A DNA stretch of 24,192 bases from an uncultured delta proteobacterium (GCA_963814585.1 CAWFDF010000018.1:1-24192); one strand, 5' to 3'. Positions 10,039-18,444 are shown, counted from the first letter of the stretch. Made by a program: numbers and translations. Notes: a model not told the origin generated them from the sequence alone.

Positions 10039-10054
10039 AGCCAGAAGCGTGCCA
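10039..10054 (-). promoter_or_regulatory. Sigma54 (-24/-12) promoter for gabD-patD
   Basis: Minus strand reads TGGCACGCTTCTGGCT with GG-N10-GC spacing. Confidence 0.6.
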
Positions 10055-10196
10055 CCAGCGGTCAGGGCCTGCGGTTGGACCTGGAGGGTCGCCGCACCGG
10101 GAAGATCGTCGTTGGAATCCCTGGGGTTCGGAGTGGCCGGCGAACTCGGGGACCGGTGCATCCCGTGCGAGGAGCAGGGTGGAGGGCCTCACCGGC

Positions 10197-10232
10197 CTAT
10201 GCGTCTATGCGAAGTTCAATGCAGAAGTGCAT
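10197..10232. promoter_or_regulatory. AT-richer patch with a CTATGCG direct repeat and the palindrome ATGCA-GAAG-TGCAT; candidate activator site
   Basis: CTATGCG at 10197 and 10205; inverted repeat at 10219-10232; about 170-205 bp upstream of the predicted gabD start site. Confidence 0.4.
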
Positions 10233-10317
10233 GGATGTACTCACGCTGGTCTGGCTGATTGGGCGGTGGTGGTGTATTGCTCCTCAAGGGGTGTTCCTGA
10301 CTCGGCCTCCCGGGCGC

Positions 10318-10368
10318 ATGGGCACCGGGTTCGAGGACTTCACGGGAGGGCCGCAGGAAGAGGCCCGG
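10318..10368 (+). pseudogene. Decayed copy of the 5' end of the antitoxin gene
   Basis: MGTGFEDFTGGPQEEAR versus MSNKFEDFMKELQEEAR (11091): 38/51 nt and 10/17 aa identical by manual alignment. Confidence 0.7.
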
Positions 10369-10401
10369 CGCGGCCTGGCCCTGGCGTTCGATCGAGGGGG
10401 G

Positions 10402-10445
10402 AGTGCCTCGACCTGGAATCGAGCCGGGGACACGGGGATTTTCAG
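10402..10445 (-). repeat. Degenerate direct repeat of the tRNA-Phe 3' half (att-site remnant)
   Basis: AGTGCCTCGACCTGGAATCGAGCCGGGGACACGGGGATTTTCAG matches 11824-11867 at 40/44 nt. Identity ends exactly at the 7-nt anticodon loop. Confidence 0.9.
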
Positions 10446-10603
10446 GCCTGGTAGGTGAGTGGCCAAGGCCGCGGGATCCGCTGGAGAAACGGCGAGGCCG
10501 GGGGGCAACTGAAGCAGCATGGTGTCAGGGGGAAGCGGGGAGCGGGCAACTGTCCCTGTTCCTCGACGCTGAGTGACAGGGCCCCATGCTCGGATTCAGC
10601 GCC

Positions 10604-11031
10604 ATGCCGGCCTACCAGCTCGAGTTCTACGAGGACGCGGCCGGGGACTGCCCGGTCCGCCGTTGGCTCGCAGAGGAGCTCACCCGAACGCAGCGGTTCG
10701 CGCTGGGCCAGGCGATGCGCGAGCAGCTCCAGGCAAAGGGCGTCAGGGTCTGCGCTACCGCGTTCGGCAAGCAGCTCGGGAAGGGGCTCTTTGAGTTCCG
10801 GCTGCGCAGGGACACGTCGGCGCTGGGGCTTCCTGGCAGTCTTCCGGCCGGGTCGTCCCGGATCCTCCTCAGGGTCTTCTGCCACGCCTACGGCGACCGG
10901 ATCGTCCTGTTGCTGGGTGGCTACGACAAGGGTGCGGACCCTTCGCCACGAAGGCAGGGCAAGGAGATCGCCATCGCCCGCGACCGACTCTCGGACTGGC
11001 GGCGGCGTCATGGCGGGCCCGGGGGACTTGA
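10604..11031 (+). CDS. Type II TA toxin, RelE/HigB (Gp49-like) family; stop displaced by an apparent frameshift, so the end is approximate
   Basis: YQLEFYEDAAGDCPVRRWL, KQLGKGLFEFRL, ILLRVFCHAYGDRIVLLLGGYDK, KEIAIARDRLSDW. Confidence 0.85.
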
Positions 11032-11055
11032 TCCTGATGTGATAGGGCACATACT
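11028..11055 (+). promoter_or_regulatory. Sigma70-like antitoxin promoter with overlapping operator palindrome
   Basis: TTGATC-N16-CATACT, with ATGTG-N6-CACAT at 11037-11052. A similar element lies at 10563-10590 before the toxin. Confidence 0.55.
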
Positions 11056-11090
11056 CGCTCTTGACGAAGGCTACCCGGCAGAGGCGCCCC

Positions 11091-11470
11091 ATGAGCAACA
11101 AGTTCGAAGACTTCATGAAGGAGTTGCAGGAGGAGGCCCGGCAGCGGGGGCCCGAAGGCCCTCGCTGAGTACGCCGCGTTCGGAGCCTTCTACCGACTCG
11201 CGCTGGAGGTCCTCGAACTTCGGAAGGCGCGCGGGCTCACGCAGCGCCAGCTCGGGGCGAAGGGCCGGCATCCAGCAGGCCGAGATCAGCCGCATCGAGG
11301 CGGGCAACTCCAACCCCACGCTCTCGACCATCGCGGCACTGGCTCAGGCTCTCGGCGCGGAGCTGTCGCTCAGCCCGGCCAGGTCATCGCGCTCCAAGAC
11401 GAGGTCGACGGCCGCGGGGAAGCGCCTCGCTCCGAGCAGAGCGGCGGCCCGTCGGGTCGCCCGGAAGTGA
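11091..11470 (+). CDS. XRE/HTH_3 antitoxin, HigA-like (frameshifts near 11158 and 11260)
   Basis: Reconstructed as MSNKFEDFMKELQEEAR...LALEVLELRKARGLTQRQLG..AGIQQAEISRIEAGNSNPTLSTIAALAQALGAEL, followed by a basic tail. Confidence 0.85.
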
Positions 11471-11606
11471 AGTGAGTGACGTCCCTTGTCGGACTAGCGG
11501 GTCTCGCACTTGACCGCCCGGAGGACGACCTCCCCTGCCGCTTGGAAGTCCTGCCAGGCAGTTGCAGGATAGGGCCCAAGCTTCGCGGTCAGCTCGCGAC
11601 TCGCGT

Positions 11607-11647
11607 GGGAAGACCGGGAAGACCCGACCGACCGGGAAGACCCGACC
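11607..11647 (+). repeat. Tandem 18-bp repeat GACCGGGAAGACCCGACC x2 (GGGAAGACC x3)
   Basis: Exact units at 11612-11629 and 11630-11647; GGGAAGACC at 11607, 11616 and 11634. Confidence 0.85.
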
Positions 11648-11771
11648 GAGAGTAATCCCTCCAGGACCGCCTCGATCGTCCGTGACGCGGCCGAATTCCC
11701 GCAAGTCCCTGGATTTCCGAGTTTGCGCCTCGGCCACCTGGTCCGTCGCGCGGACGACCCTCTGTACAAGA

Positions 11772-11803
11772 GGCCCCGCCATGCCTTGCAGCGTGGCGGG
11801 GCC
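11772..11803 (-). terminator. GC-rich hairpin downstream of tRNA-Phe, probable terminator
   Basis: GGCCCCGCCATGC / GCGTGGCGGGGCC arms (13 bp, one imperfect pair) with a 6-nt loop, followed by TCTTGT on the minus strand. Confidence 0.65.
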
Positions 11804-11825
11804 GAGATGTCGGACGAGATGAAAG

Positions 11826-11898
11826 TGCCTGGACCCGGAATCGAACCAGGGACACGGGGATTTTCAGTCCCCTGCTCTACCATCTGAGCTATCCAGGC
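11826..11898 (-). tRNA. tRNA-Phe (GAA), CCA not encoded
   Basis: GCCTGGATAGCTCAGATGGTAGAGCAGGGGACTGAAAATCCCCGTGTCCCTGGTTCGATTCCGGGTCCAGGCA folds into a full cloverleaf. Confidence 0.98.
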
Positions 11899-11939
11899 TT
11901 CCTGCGTGCACCCCCCGGCGCTCCCGCCGAGGGCGCTGC

Positions 11940-11968
11940 CTTTTACGATCACGGGCCCCGGGATGCAA
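11940..11968 (-). promoter_or_regulatory. Sigma70-type promoter for tRNA-Phe
   Basis: TTGCAT-N17-TAAAAG on the minus strand, followed by a GC-rich discriminator. Confidence 0.6.
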
Positions 11969-12002
11969 CCCTGGCGACGTCCCGGGCGCCCCGGGCCATC
12001 CC

Positions 12003-12878
12003 TCAGGTCTTGGGGACCGCCTTCAAGATGGCGCGCCCGTCCTTGACCTCGACCTTGAACTCCACCGACCTGGCCTTGTGGGCCTTCATGATCTCCGGCG
12101 TCTGCTTGGCGATGGTCCGGGCGATGGCGTCGGGCGTGATCCCGGCCAGGTCCTGGTTGCAGCTCCTCCGCGCCGCCACGTAGGCGTCGTAGAGCGCCCG
12201 GGTCTGGGCGTCGACGCCGGGCGCCGCGGCCGCGGCCGGACGAGCGGTCGGCGCCGGCGGACGGGGCGCTGGCGCAGCTGCCGGGGTCGGCGGTGCGGCC
12301 GGCCGGGCCGCCGTCCCGCTCCCCGGCGGCGGGAGCGCGAAGCCGGGAACCGGCGTCGATCCAACCGACGCCGCTGGTGCGGGGGCCGGCCCCGCGTCGG
12401 CCAACCCGTCCTCGTCGCCGAGGTCCGACAGGTCCACGTCCTCGGCCTGGGAGAAGCGGAGGATCTCCTTCTTGCCCGGGGCCGCCCCGGCGCGCTGGCC
12501 GGCGTTGCGCCGCGCCTTGACGAGGTCGCGCCGGTAGGTCCCCTCCTCCTTCTCGCGCGCGCTCCGCATCCAGAGCCGCTCGTAGGAGATGAAGCGGGCG
12601 TGGAGCGACTGGACGCGGAAGCGGATGCCGGCGTTGCGCGTGAAGCGCTCCTTGAGCCGCAGCACCTTCTTCTTCAGCTCGTCGCGCGTCCGGTTCGGCT
12701 CGTGGCGCTCCACGCCGAGGAAGTACATCTCGTACTTCACCTTCAGCTCCTCGACCTCGGCCTCCAGCGCCGCGCAGGCGTCGGCCAGCTCGTCGGTGGC
12801 GTGGCGGCCCTTGTCCTCGACCGGCTCGGGAGCCGGCGGCGCGCCGGGCTTCGGTGGGGGCTTGAGGGGCGTGGCCAC
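12003..12878 (-). CDS. Myxobacterial MXAN_5187 C-terminal-domain-like protein with a Pro/Ala linker
   Basis: YEMYFLGVERHEP and RFISYERLW N-terminal domain; C-terminal LYDAYVAARR...VEFKVEVKDGRAILKA. Family recalled from memory, not searched. Confidence 0.75.
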   Translation of the reverse strand: MATPLKPPPKPGAPPAPEPVEDKGRHATDELADACAALEAEVEELKVKYEMYFLGVERHEPNRTRDELKKKVLRLKERFTRNAGIRFRVQSLHARFISYERLWMRSAREKEEGTYRRDLVKARRNAGQRAGAAPGKKEILRFSQAEDVDLSDLGDEDGLADAGPAPAPAASVGSTPVPGFALPPPGSGTAARPAAPPTPAAAPAPRPPAPTARPAAAAAPGVDAQTRALYDAYVAARRSCNQDLAGITPDAIARTIAKQTPEIMKAHKARSVEFKVEVKDGRAILKAVPKT

Positions 12879-12881
12879 GCC

Positions 12882-13943
12882 CTACACCTTAGCGCGCCGG
12901 CCGGCGGTGGCGAAGATGGCCGCCCCGGCCGCGAAGATCACCAGCGAGGTCCAGGTCCCCACGCCCAGCCCCAGCACCACGCCCCGCTCCACGTCGCCGC
13001 GGAACGACTCCACCACCGTGCGCAGCACCGCGTAGAGCAGGAGCCAGGTCGCCAGGACCTGCCCGTGGAAGCGCTTGCGCGGCCGGACCACCACCACCAG
13101 CAGCAGGAACAGCCCCAGCTCGCCGAACGACTCGTAGAGCTGCGTGGGGTGGAGCGGCAGCGTGGCGCTCCGGTCGGCGGCCAGGAAGGCGCCGGGCGTG
13201 GCCCGCCCGGCGAAGGTCTGGTAGGCCAGCGACTCGGGCGGGAAGTGGACCATCCACGGCAGGTGGGCGTGGGCCACGTCGCCCCAGCAGCAGCCCGCCG
13301 CGTAGCAGCCCAGCCGGCCGAAGAAGTGGCCGAGCGCCACCGACGGGATGAGCGTGTCGGCGTGGGCCAGGAAGTTCATGCCGTGGCGCCGCATGTAGAG
13401 CCACGCCACCAGCACCGACCCGATGAAGCCGCCGTAGAAGACCAGCCCGCCCTCCCAGATGGCCAGCACCCGGGGGATCCGGCCGAAGGAGGTGTTGGCC
13501 AGGAAGGTGCTGGCCTCGAAGTAGTCGCGCCAGTTGACCAGGATGAAGTAGACGCGGCTGCCCACCAGCGCCGCCACCAGGATCCAGAAGGTCAGGTCGG
13601 CGATCCGCTCCGGGTCCTGCCCGCGCCGCTTCCCCTCCCGCTGCGCCAGCCAGATGCCGGTGATGAAGCCGCCGGCGATGAGCAGGCCGTAGCTGTGGAG
13701 CGGCAGGCGCAGGTCGGCGCCGAGCAGGCCGGCGCGCCAGAGCACGGCGAGCGCCGCCACCAGCAGGGCCGAGACCACCCAGTCGTCGCCGAGCGCGGCG
13801 AGGAGGGAGACGGGGTGCCCGGCGCGGGCCGAGCGGCGCCGCCAGGCCAGCGCCCGGGCCAGCACCACCAGCAGCACCGCCAGCACCGCCACCGGCTTGA
13901 CCAGCCAGGCCGGGATGACGATGGCGAAGAGGATCGGCAGCAT
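12882..13943 (-). CDS. lgt: Prolipoprotein diacylglyceryl transferase
   Basis: LHSYG, GSRVYFI, IWEGGLVFYGG, FGRLGC, LHPTQLYE, LRTVVESFRGD. Confidence 0.95.
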   Translation of the reverse strand: MLPILFAIVIPAWLVKPVAVLAVLLVVLARALAWRRRSARAGHPVSLLAALGDDWVVSALLVAALAVLWRAGLLGADLRLPLHSYGLLIAGGFITGIWLAQREGKRRGQDPERIADLTFWILVAALVGSRVYFILVNWRDYFEASTFLANTSFGRIPRVLAIWEGGLVFYGGFIGSVLVAWLYMRRHGMNFLAHADTLIPSVALGHFFGRLGCYAAGCCWGDVAHAHLPWMVHFPPESLAYQTFAGRATPGAFLAADRSATLPLHPTQLYESFGELGLFLLLVVVVRPRKRFHGQVLATWLLLYAVLRTVVESFRGDVERGVVLGLGVGTWTSLVIFAAGAAIFATAGRRAKV

Positions 13944-14530
13944 CTAGCCCCTCGCGCGCTTCGGCGAGGCCGCCGCCGGCTCGCCCGGCAGCAGCACCAG
14001 CAGCACCACGCCGACCACGATCATCGAGTCGGCGACGTTGAAGGTGGGCCAGTACAGGTCCGGGCGGTTCCACCAGTGCCAGTCGACGAAGTCCACCACG
14101 TAGCCGCGCGCCAGCCGGTCGATGAAGTTGCCGATGGCCCCGGCGAAGACCAGCGACAGCGCCACCTGCGGGAGCCGCTGCGCCTGCTCCAGCCTGCGGA
14201 AGTAGACGAGGATGAAGACCACCGCGCCCAGCAGCGTGAGCGAGAAGACGGTGTTGCGCGCCGTGAGCGAGAGGCCGCGGAACAGCCCCCAGGCCGCGCC
14301 CGGGTTCTCGGCGTAGCGCATGCGCCACATCGGCGCCCAGACCACGTGGGGCTCGGTGGCGTAGGGCTCGAGGTGCCGGAACGAGTAGAAGCCGGAGATC
14401 CGCGCCGCGGAGCGAGCCGTCGGTCCGCTGCAGCGCGGTGGTGAGCCGGTCCACGGCCATGAACTTGGTGGCCTGGTCGGCCACCAGGCCCGGTCGCCAC
14501 GATCAGCAGGAAGACGCGCCACTTGCCCAT
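13944..14530 (-). CDS. lspA: Signal peptidase II (frameshifts near 14490 and 14400)
   Basis: ADQATK, ENPGAAWG, GAIGNFIDR, GYVVDF, WPTFNVADS. ATG 14530 with a GGAGGAG RBS. Confidence 0.95.
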
Positions 14531-14541
14531 GCCGGCTCCTC

Positions 14542-17317
14542 CTACCCGATGGCCTCGACGCACTTGCCGCAGAGCTCGGGGTGGGCGGCGCTGCGCCCGG
14601 TGTCCTCGGCGAAGACCCAGCAGCGCGGGCACTTCACGCCCGGCGCGGCCGCCACCTCGGCGGAGAGCGGCCCGTCCGCCAGCGTCACCTTGCTGACGAT
14701 GAAGAGGGCGGGCAGCTCGGCCAGCGCCGACTCCAGCAGCCTCCGCTGCTCGCCCTCGGCGTGCACCGTCACCGCCGCCTCGGTGCTCTTGCCGATCAGC
14801 TTGGCGGCCCGGGAGGTCTCCAGCGCCTTCTGCACCACCTCGCGCACCGCGAAGAGGGCGGCGTAGCGGGCCTCGAGCGCCTCGGCGCCGGCGGCGCGCT
14901 CCCGCCTCGGCAGGCCCGCCAGGAAGACCGACGGAACCGGCGCCCCCGGCAGGTACCCCCACGCCTCGCTGGCGGTGAAGGAGAGGATGGGCGCCAGCCA
15001 GGTGCAGAGGTCGTGGGCCACGTGCCAGAGCACGGTCTGGGCGCTGCGGCGCGCCGTCCCGTCCTTGCGGGCGGTGTAGAGCCGGTCCTTGACGATGTCG
15101 AAGTAGAGGGAGGAGAGCTCCACGGCGCAGAGCTGCACGGTGGCGTGGTAGGCGTGGTGGAACTCGTAGCCCTCGTAGCCGGCCCGCACCTTCTCCTGCC
15201 AGGCCACCAGCCGGTCGTAGGCCCAGCGGTCGATGGGCAGGAGCTCGGCCACCGGCACCGCGTGGCGGGCCACGTCGAAGCCGTCGACGGCGCCCAGCGC
15301 GTAGCGGAGGGTGTTGCGGATCTTGCGGTAGCCCTCGGCCATTCCGGTGAGGATCTGCGGCGAGAGCGCCACGTCGTCCCGGTAGTCGGAGGCGCTCACC
15401 CAGAGCCGGAGCACGTCGGCGCCGTAGGTCGCGATGATCTCCGCCGGGGTGGTCCCGTTGCCGACGCTCTTCGACATGGGCTTGCCGTGCTCGTCGAGCA
15501 CGAAGCCGTGGGTGAGCACCGCCCGGTACGGGGCGTGGCCGCGGATGGCCACGCTGGTGAGCAGCGCCGAGTGGAACCAGCCGCGGTGCTGGTCGGAGCC
15601 CTCCAGGTAGAGGTCGACCGGGGCGCCCAGGTTCGGATCGCGCTCCGCCACCGCCGCCCAGCTGACGCCCGAGTCCCACCAGACGTCGAGGATGTCCTGC
15701 TCGCGTCGGAAGGCTGTGCCGCCGCACTTCGCGCAGGCCGCCCCGGCCGTGAACTCGGCCGGATCGCGCCGGTACCAGGCCTCGATCCCCTCTTGCTCGA
15801 AGGCGTCGGCCACGCGGTCCATCAGCGCCGGGGAGACCAGCGGCTCGCCGCAGGGCTCGCAGTAGAAGACCGGGATGGGCACGCCCCAGGTCCGCTGGCG
15901 TGACAGGCACCAGTCGGGCCGGTTCTCGATCATGTTGTAGATGCGGTCGCGTCCCCAGTGGGGGATCCAGTTGACCCGGTCGATCTCCGCCAGCGTCCTC
16001 TGCCGCATGCCGTCGTGATCGAGCCGGAGGAACCACTGGTCGGTGGCGCGGAAGACCACCGGCCTGTGGCAGCGCCAGCAGTGCGGGTAGCTGTGCTTGA
16101 GCGAGGCCTTCGGGTCGGAGAGCAGGTGGCCCGAGGCGGCCAGGTCGGCCACGATCCTGGCGTTGGCCTCGAAGATCTTCTGGCCGGCATACGGCCCGGC
16201 CTCCTCGGTGAAGACGCCGGCCCCGTCGACCGGGTTGAGCACCGCCAGCTGGTAGTGCTGGCCGACGATGTAGTCCTCGGCGCCGTGGCCGGGGGCGGTG
16301 TGGACCAGGCCGGTGCCGGCCTCCAGCGTGACGTGCTCGCCGAGGATCACCGGCGACTCGCGCCCCATGAACGGGTGGCGGTAGGTGAGCCCCTCCAGCT
16401 GCTTCCCCTCCAGCTCGGCCAGCACCCGCTCCGGGTGGGCCAGGGCGGCGCCGTCCAGCTCGCCCGGCGCGCAGGCGGCCAGGAAGGCGCCCAGCAGGTC
16501 CCGGGCCACCACCACCACCGTGCCCTCCAGGTCGTAGGCGGCGTAGGTGTAGTCGGCGCGGGCGGCGATGGCCAGGTTGGCCGGGAGCGTCCACGGGGTG
16601 GTGGTCCAGATCACCAGCCGGGCGGCGCGGCCGCGCAGCCTCGGGTCCGGCAGCGGCGCGGTGAGGTCGAAGGCGACGTGGATCGACGGCGAGGTGTGCT
16701 CCTCGTACTCCACCTCGGCCTCGGCCAGCGCGGTCCGGTCGGTGATGCACCAGTAGACCGGCTTCTTGCCGCGCACCAGGTAGCCGCGCTCGGCGGCGCG
16801 CGCCAGCGCCCGGACCGTGTCGGCCTCGTAGCGCCGGTCCATGGTGGCGTAGGGCGTCGCCCAGCCGGCCGAAGATGCCGAGCCGCTTGAAGGAGGTCCG
16901 CTGCTTGTCGATCCAGGCGGCCGCGTAGGCGCGGCAGGCCTCGATGATGGCGGCGCGGTCCATGTCGCGCCGCTTCGACCCCAGCTCCTTGTCCACCTTG
17001 AGCTCGATGGGCAGGCCGTGGCAGTCCCAGCCCGGCACGTAGTCGGCCACCTCGCCGTTCTGGTTCCGGTACTTGACGATGATGTCCTTGAGGATCTTGT
17101 TGAGGGCGTGGCCGATGTGGATGTCGCCGTTGGCGTAGGGCGGCCCGTCGTGCAGCACGAACTTCCTCGGGCTCGGGCCCGCGGCGTTCTTGGCCAGCAC
17201 CTGCTCGTAGATCCCCTCGGCCTCCCAGGCGCGCTGGATCTCGGGCTCCCGCGCGGCCAGGTTGGCCTTCATGGGGAAATCGGTCCTGGGGAGCTGGATG
17301 GTGTCCTTGTAGTCCAC
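14542..17317 (-). CDS. ileS: Isoleucine--tRNA ligase type 1 (frameshift near 16860)
   Basis: GTG start DYKDTIQLPRTDFPMKA, LHDGPPYANGDIHIGH, WTTTPWTLP, GTGLVH.APGHG, EGSDQHRGWF, PMSKS, and C-terminal CPRCW..CGKC zinc finger. Confidence 0.98.
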
Positions 17318-17340
17318 GTGGAGCCCTCGGAAGGACAGCG

Positions 17341-17349
17341 GTTCTAGCA
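17341..17349 (-). promoter_or_regulatory. Extended -10 element for ileS
   Basis: TG-C-TAGAAC about 24 nt upstream of the GTG start. Confidence 0.45.
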
Positions 17350-17384
17350 GGAGGGGGGGCTTCCGGCTACCCTCCCCTCCACCG

Positions 17385-18380
17385 ATGGCGAGCAGACCGA
17401 AGAGGGCGATGAGGCCGGCGGAGCGGATCCAGGGTCGTGGCCGGGGCGCGGCGGCGCGGCCGGCGCTGATCATCCTCTCCCGCAACCCCAGGCTCTACTC
17501 GACGCGGCGCCTGCTGGCGGCCGCCCGGGCCCGGGCGCTCTCGCCCCGGGTGCTCGACACCCTCCGCTGCGACCTGCTGCTGGAGCGCGACCGGCCCCGC
17601 CTCTTCTACCGTGGCGTCGAGCTGGCTCCGGCCTCGGTGCGGGTGGTGGTGCCGCGCATCGGCGCCTCCATCACCGGCTACGGCCTCTCGGTCCTGAACC
17701 AGCTCGACCTCATGGGCGTGCCGGTCCTCAACGGCGCCGTGGGCATCGGCCGCTCGCGGGACAAGCTGCGGGCGCTGCAGCTGCTCGCCAGCGCCGGGCT
17801 GGCCATCCCGCGCACTGCCCTGTGCCGCTACCGCGACGAGGTGCCGGCGGCCGTGGAGCTGGTGGGCGGGCTCCCCTGCATCATCAAGCTGGTGCGCGGC
17901 GCGCAGGGCGTGGGCGTGATGATCGCCAGCACCATGGCCGAGGTGACCGGCCTGCTCGACACCCTCTGGACGCTGGGGCAGGAGATCCTGCTGCAGGAGC
18001 TGGTCAAGGAGTCGCGTGGCCGCGACGTGCGGGCGCTGGTGATCGGCGGGGAGGTGGTCGCCGCCATGCGGCGCACCGCCCGGGCCGGCGAGTTCCGCTC
18101 CAACATCCACCGCGGCGGCGCCGCGACCCGGCTCGACCTGCCGCGGGAGTACGCCCGGGCGGCGGTGCGGGCCACGCGGGTGGTGGGGCTGGAGGTGGCC
18201 GGGGTGGACCTGCTGGAGGCCCGCGACGGACCGATGATCATGGAGGTCAACAGCTCGCCCGGCTTCGAGGCGCTGGAGCGGGCCACCGGCCTCGACATCG
18301 CCGGCCGCTACGTGGACCACGCCGTGGCCTTCGCGGCTCGCACCTCGACCCACACCGGCGCCGGGAAATCGCGCCGTTGA
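17385..18380 (+). CDS. rimK: RimK-family ATP-grasp alpha-L-glutamate ligase (start may be 17409)
   Basis: ILSRNPRLYSTRRL, VPRIGASITGYG, RSRDKLRALQLL, GAQGVGV, EFRSNIHRGG, MEVNSSPG.E. Confidence 0.9.
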   Translation: MASRPKRAMRPAERIQGRGRGAAARPALIILSRNPRLYSTRRLLAAARARALSPRVLDTLRCDLLLERDRPRLFYRGVELAPASVRVVVPRIGASITGYGLSVLNQLDLMGVPVLNGAVGIGRSRDKLRALQLLASAGLAIPRTALCRYRDEVPAAVELVGGLPCIIKLVRGAQGVGVMIASTMAEVTGLLDTLWTLGQEILLQELVKESRGRDVRALVIGGEVVAAMRRTARAGEFRSNIHRGGAATRLDLPREYARAAVRATRVVGLEVAGVDLLEARDGPMIMEVNSSPGFEALERATGLDIAGRYVDHAVAFAARTSTHTGAGKSRR

Positions 18381-18444
18381 ATGGACGCGGGGCGCGATTC
18401 GTCGTCAACTCGAGGCGTCGGAATCGTCCTCGAGGAGTGATCAC

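Larger units (their letters stand above)
10402..11867. mobile_element. Integrase-less tRNA-Phe-anchored mini-island carrying a toxin-antitoxin pair
   Basis: Bounded by the intact tRNA and its displaced 3' fragment. Only the two TA genes are recognisable inside. Confidence 0.7.

Noticed and set aside
7065..10055. 996-aa tandem aldehyde dehydrogenase fusion in the ORF track
   Set aside because: Artefact of the ~9345 frameshift. The middle part is off-frame Arg/Gly-rich sequence; the real GabD C-terminal half is in another frame, and patD has its own RBS and ATG at 8492.
10402..10445. Second functional tRNA-Phe or split tRNA
   Set aside because: No 5' half is present, and the T-arm and acceptor stem carry substitutions. 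It fits an att remnant.
10586..11470. Single-chain toxin-antitoxin fusion (294 aa)
   Set aside because: The antitoxin's N-terminus and first HTH helices are in other frames, and it has its own promoter-like element and ATG at 11091. The read-through arises from indels.
11607..11647. CRISPR array
   Set aside because: Only two abutting 18-bp units, with no spacers and no cas genes.
1..17317. Widespread pseudogenisation or programmed frameshifting (kdpB, kdpA, gabD, TA genes, lspA, ileS)
   Set aside because: Breaks hit essential genes, often at short G/C runs, with motifs intact on both sides and no accumulated stops. Sequencing indels are the simplest explanation; raw reads are needed to confirm.
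14021..17485. 1154-aa ORF spanning ileS into lspA
   Set aside because: Off-frame read-through after the ileS frameshift near 16860.
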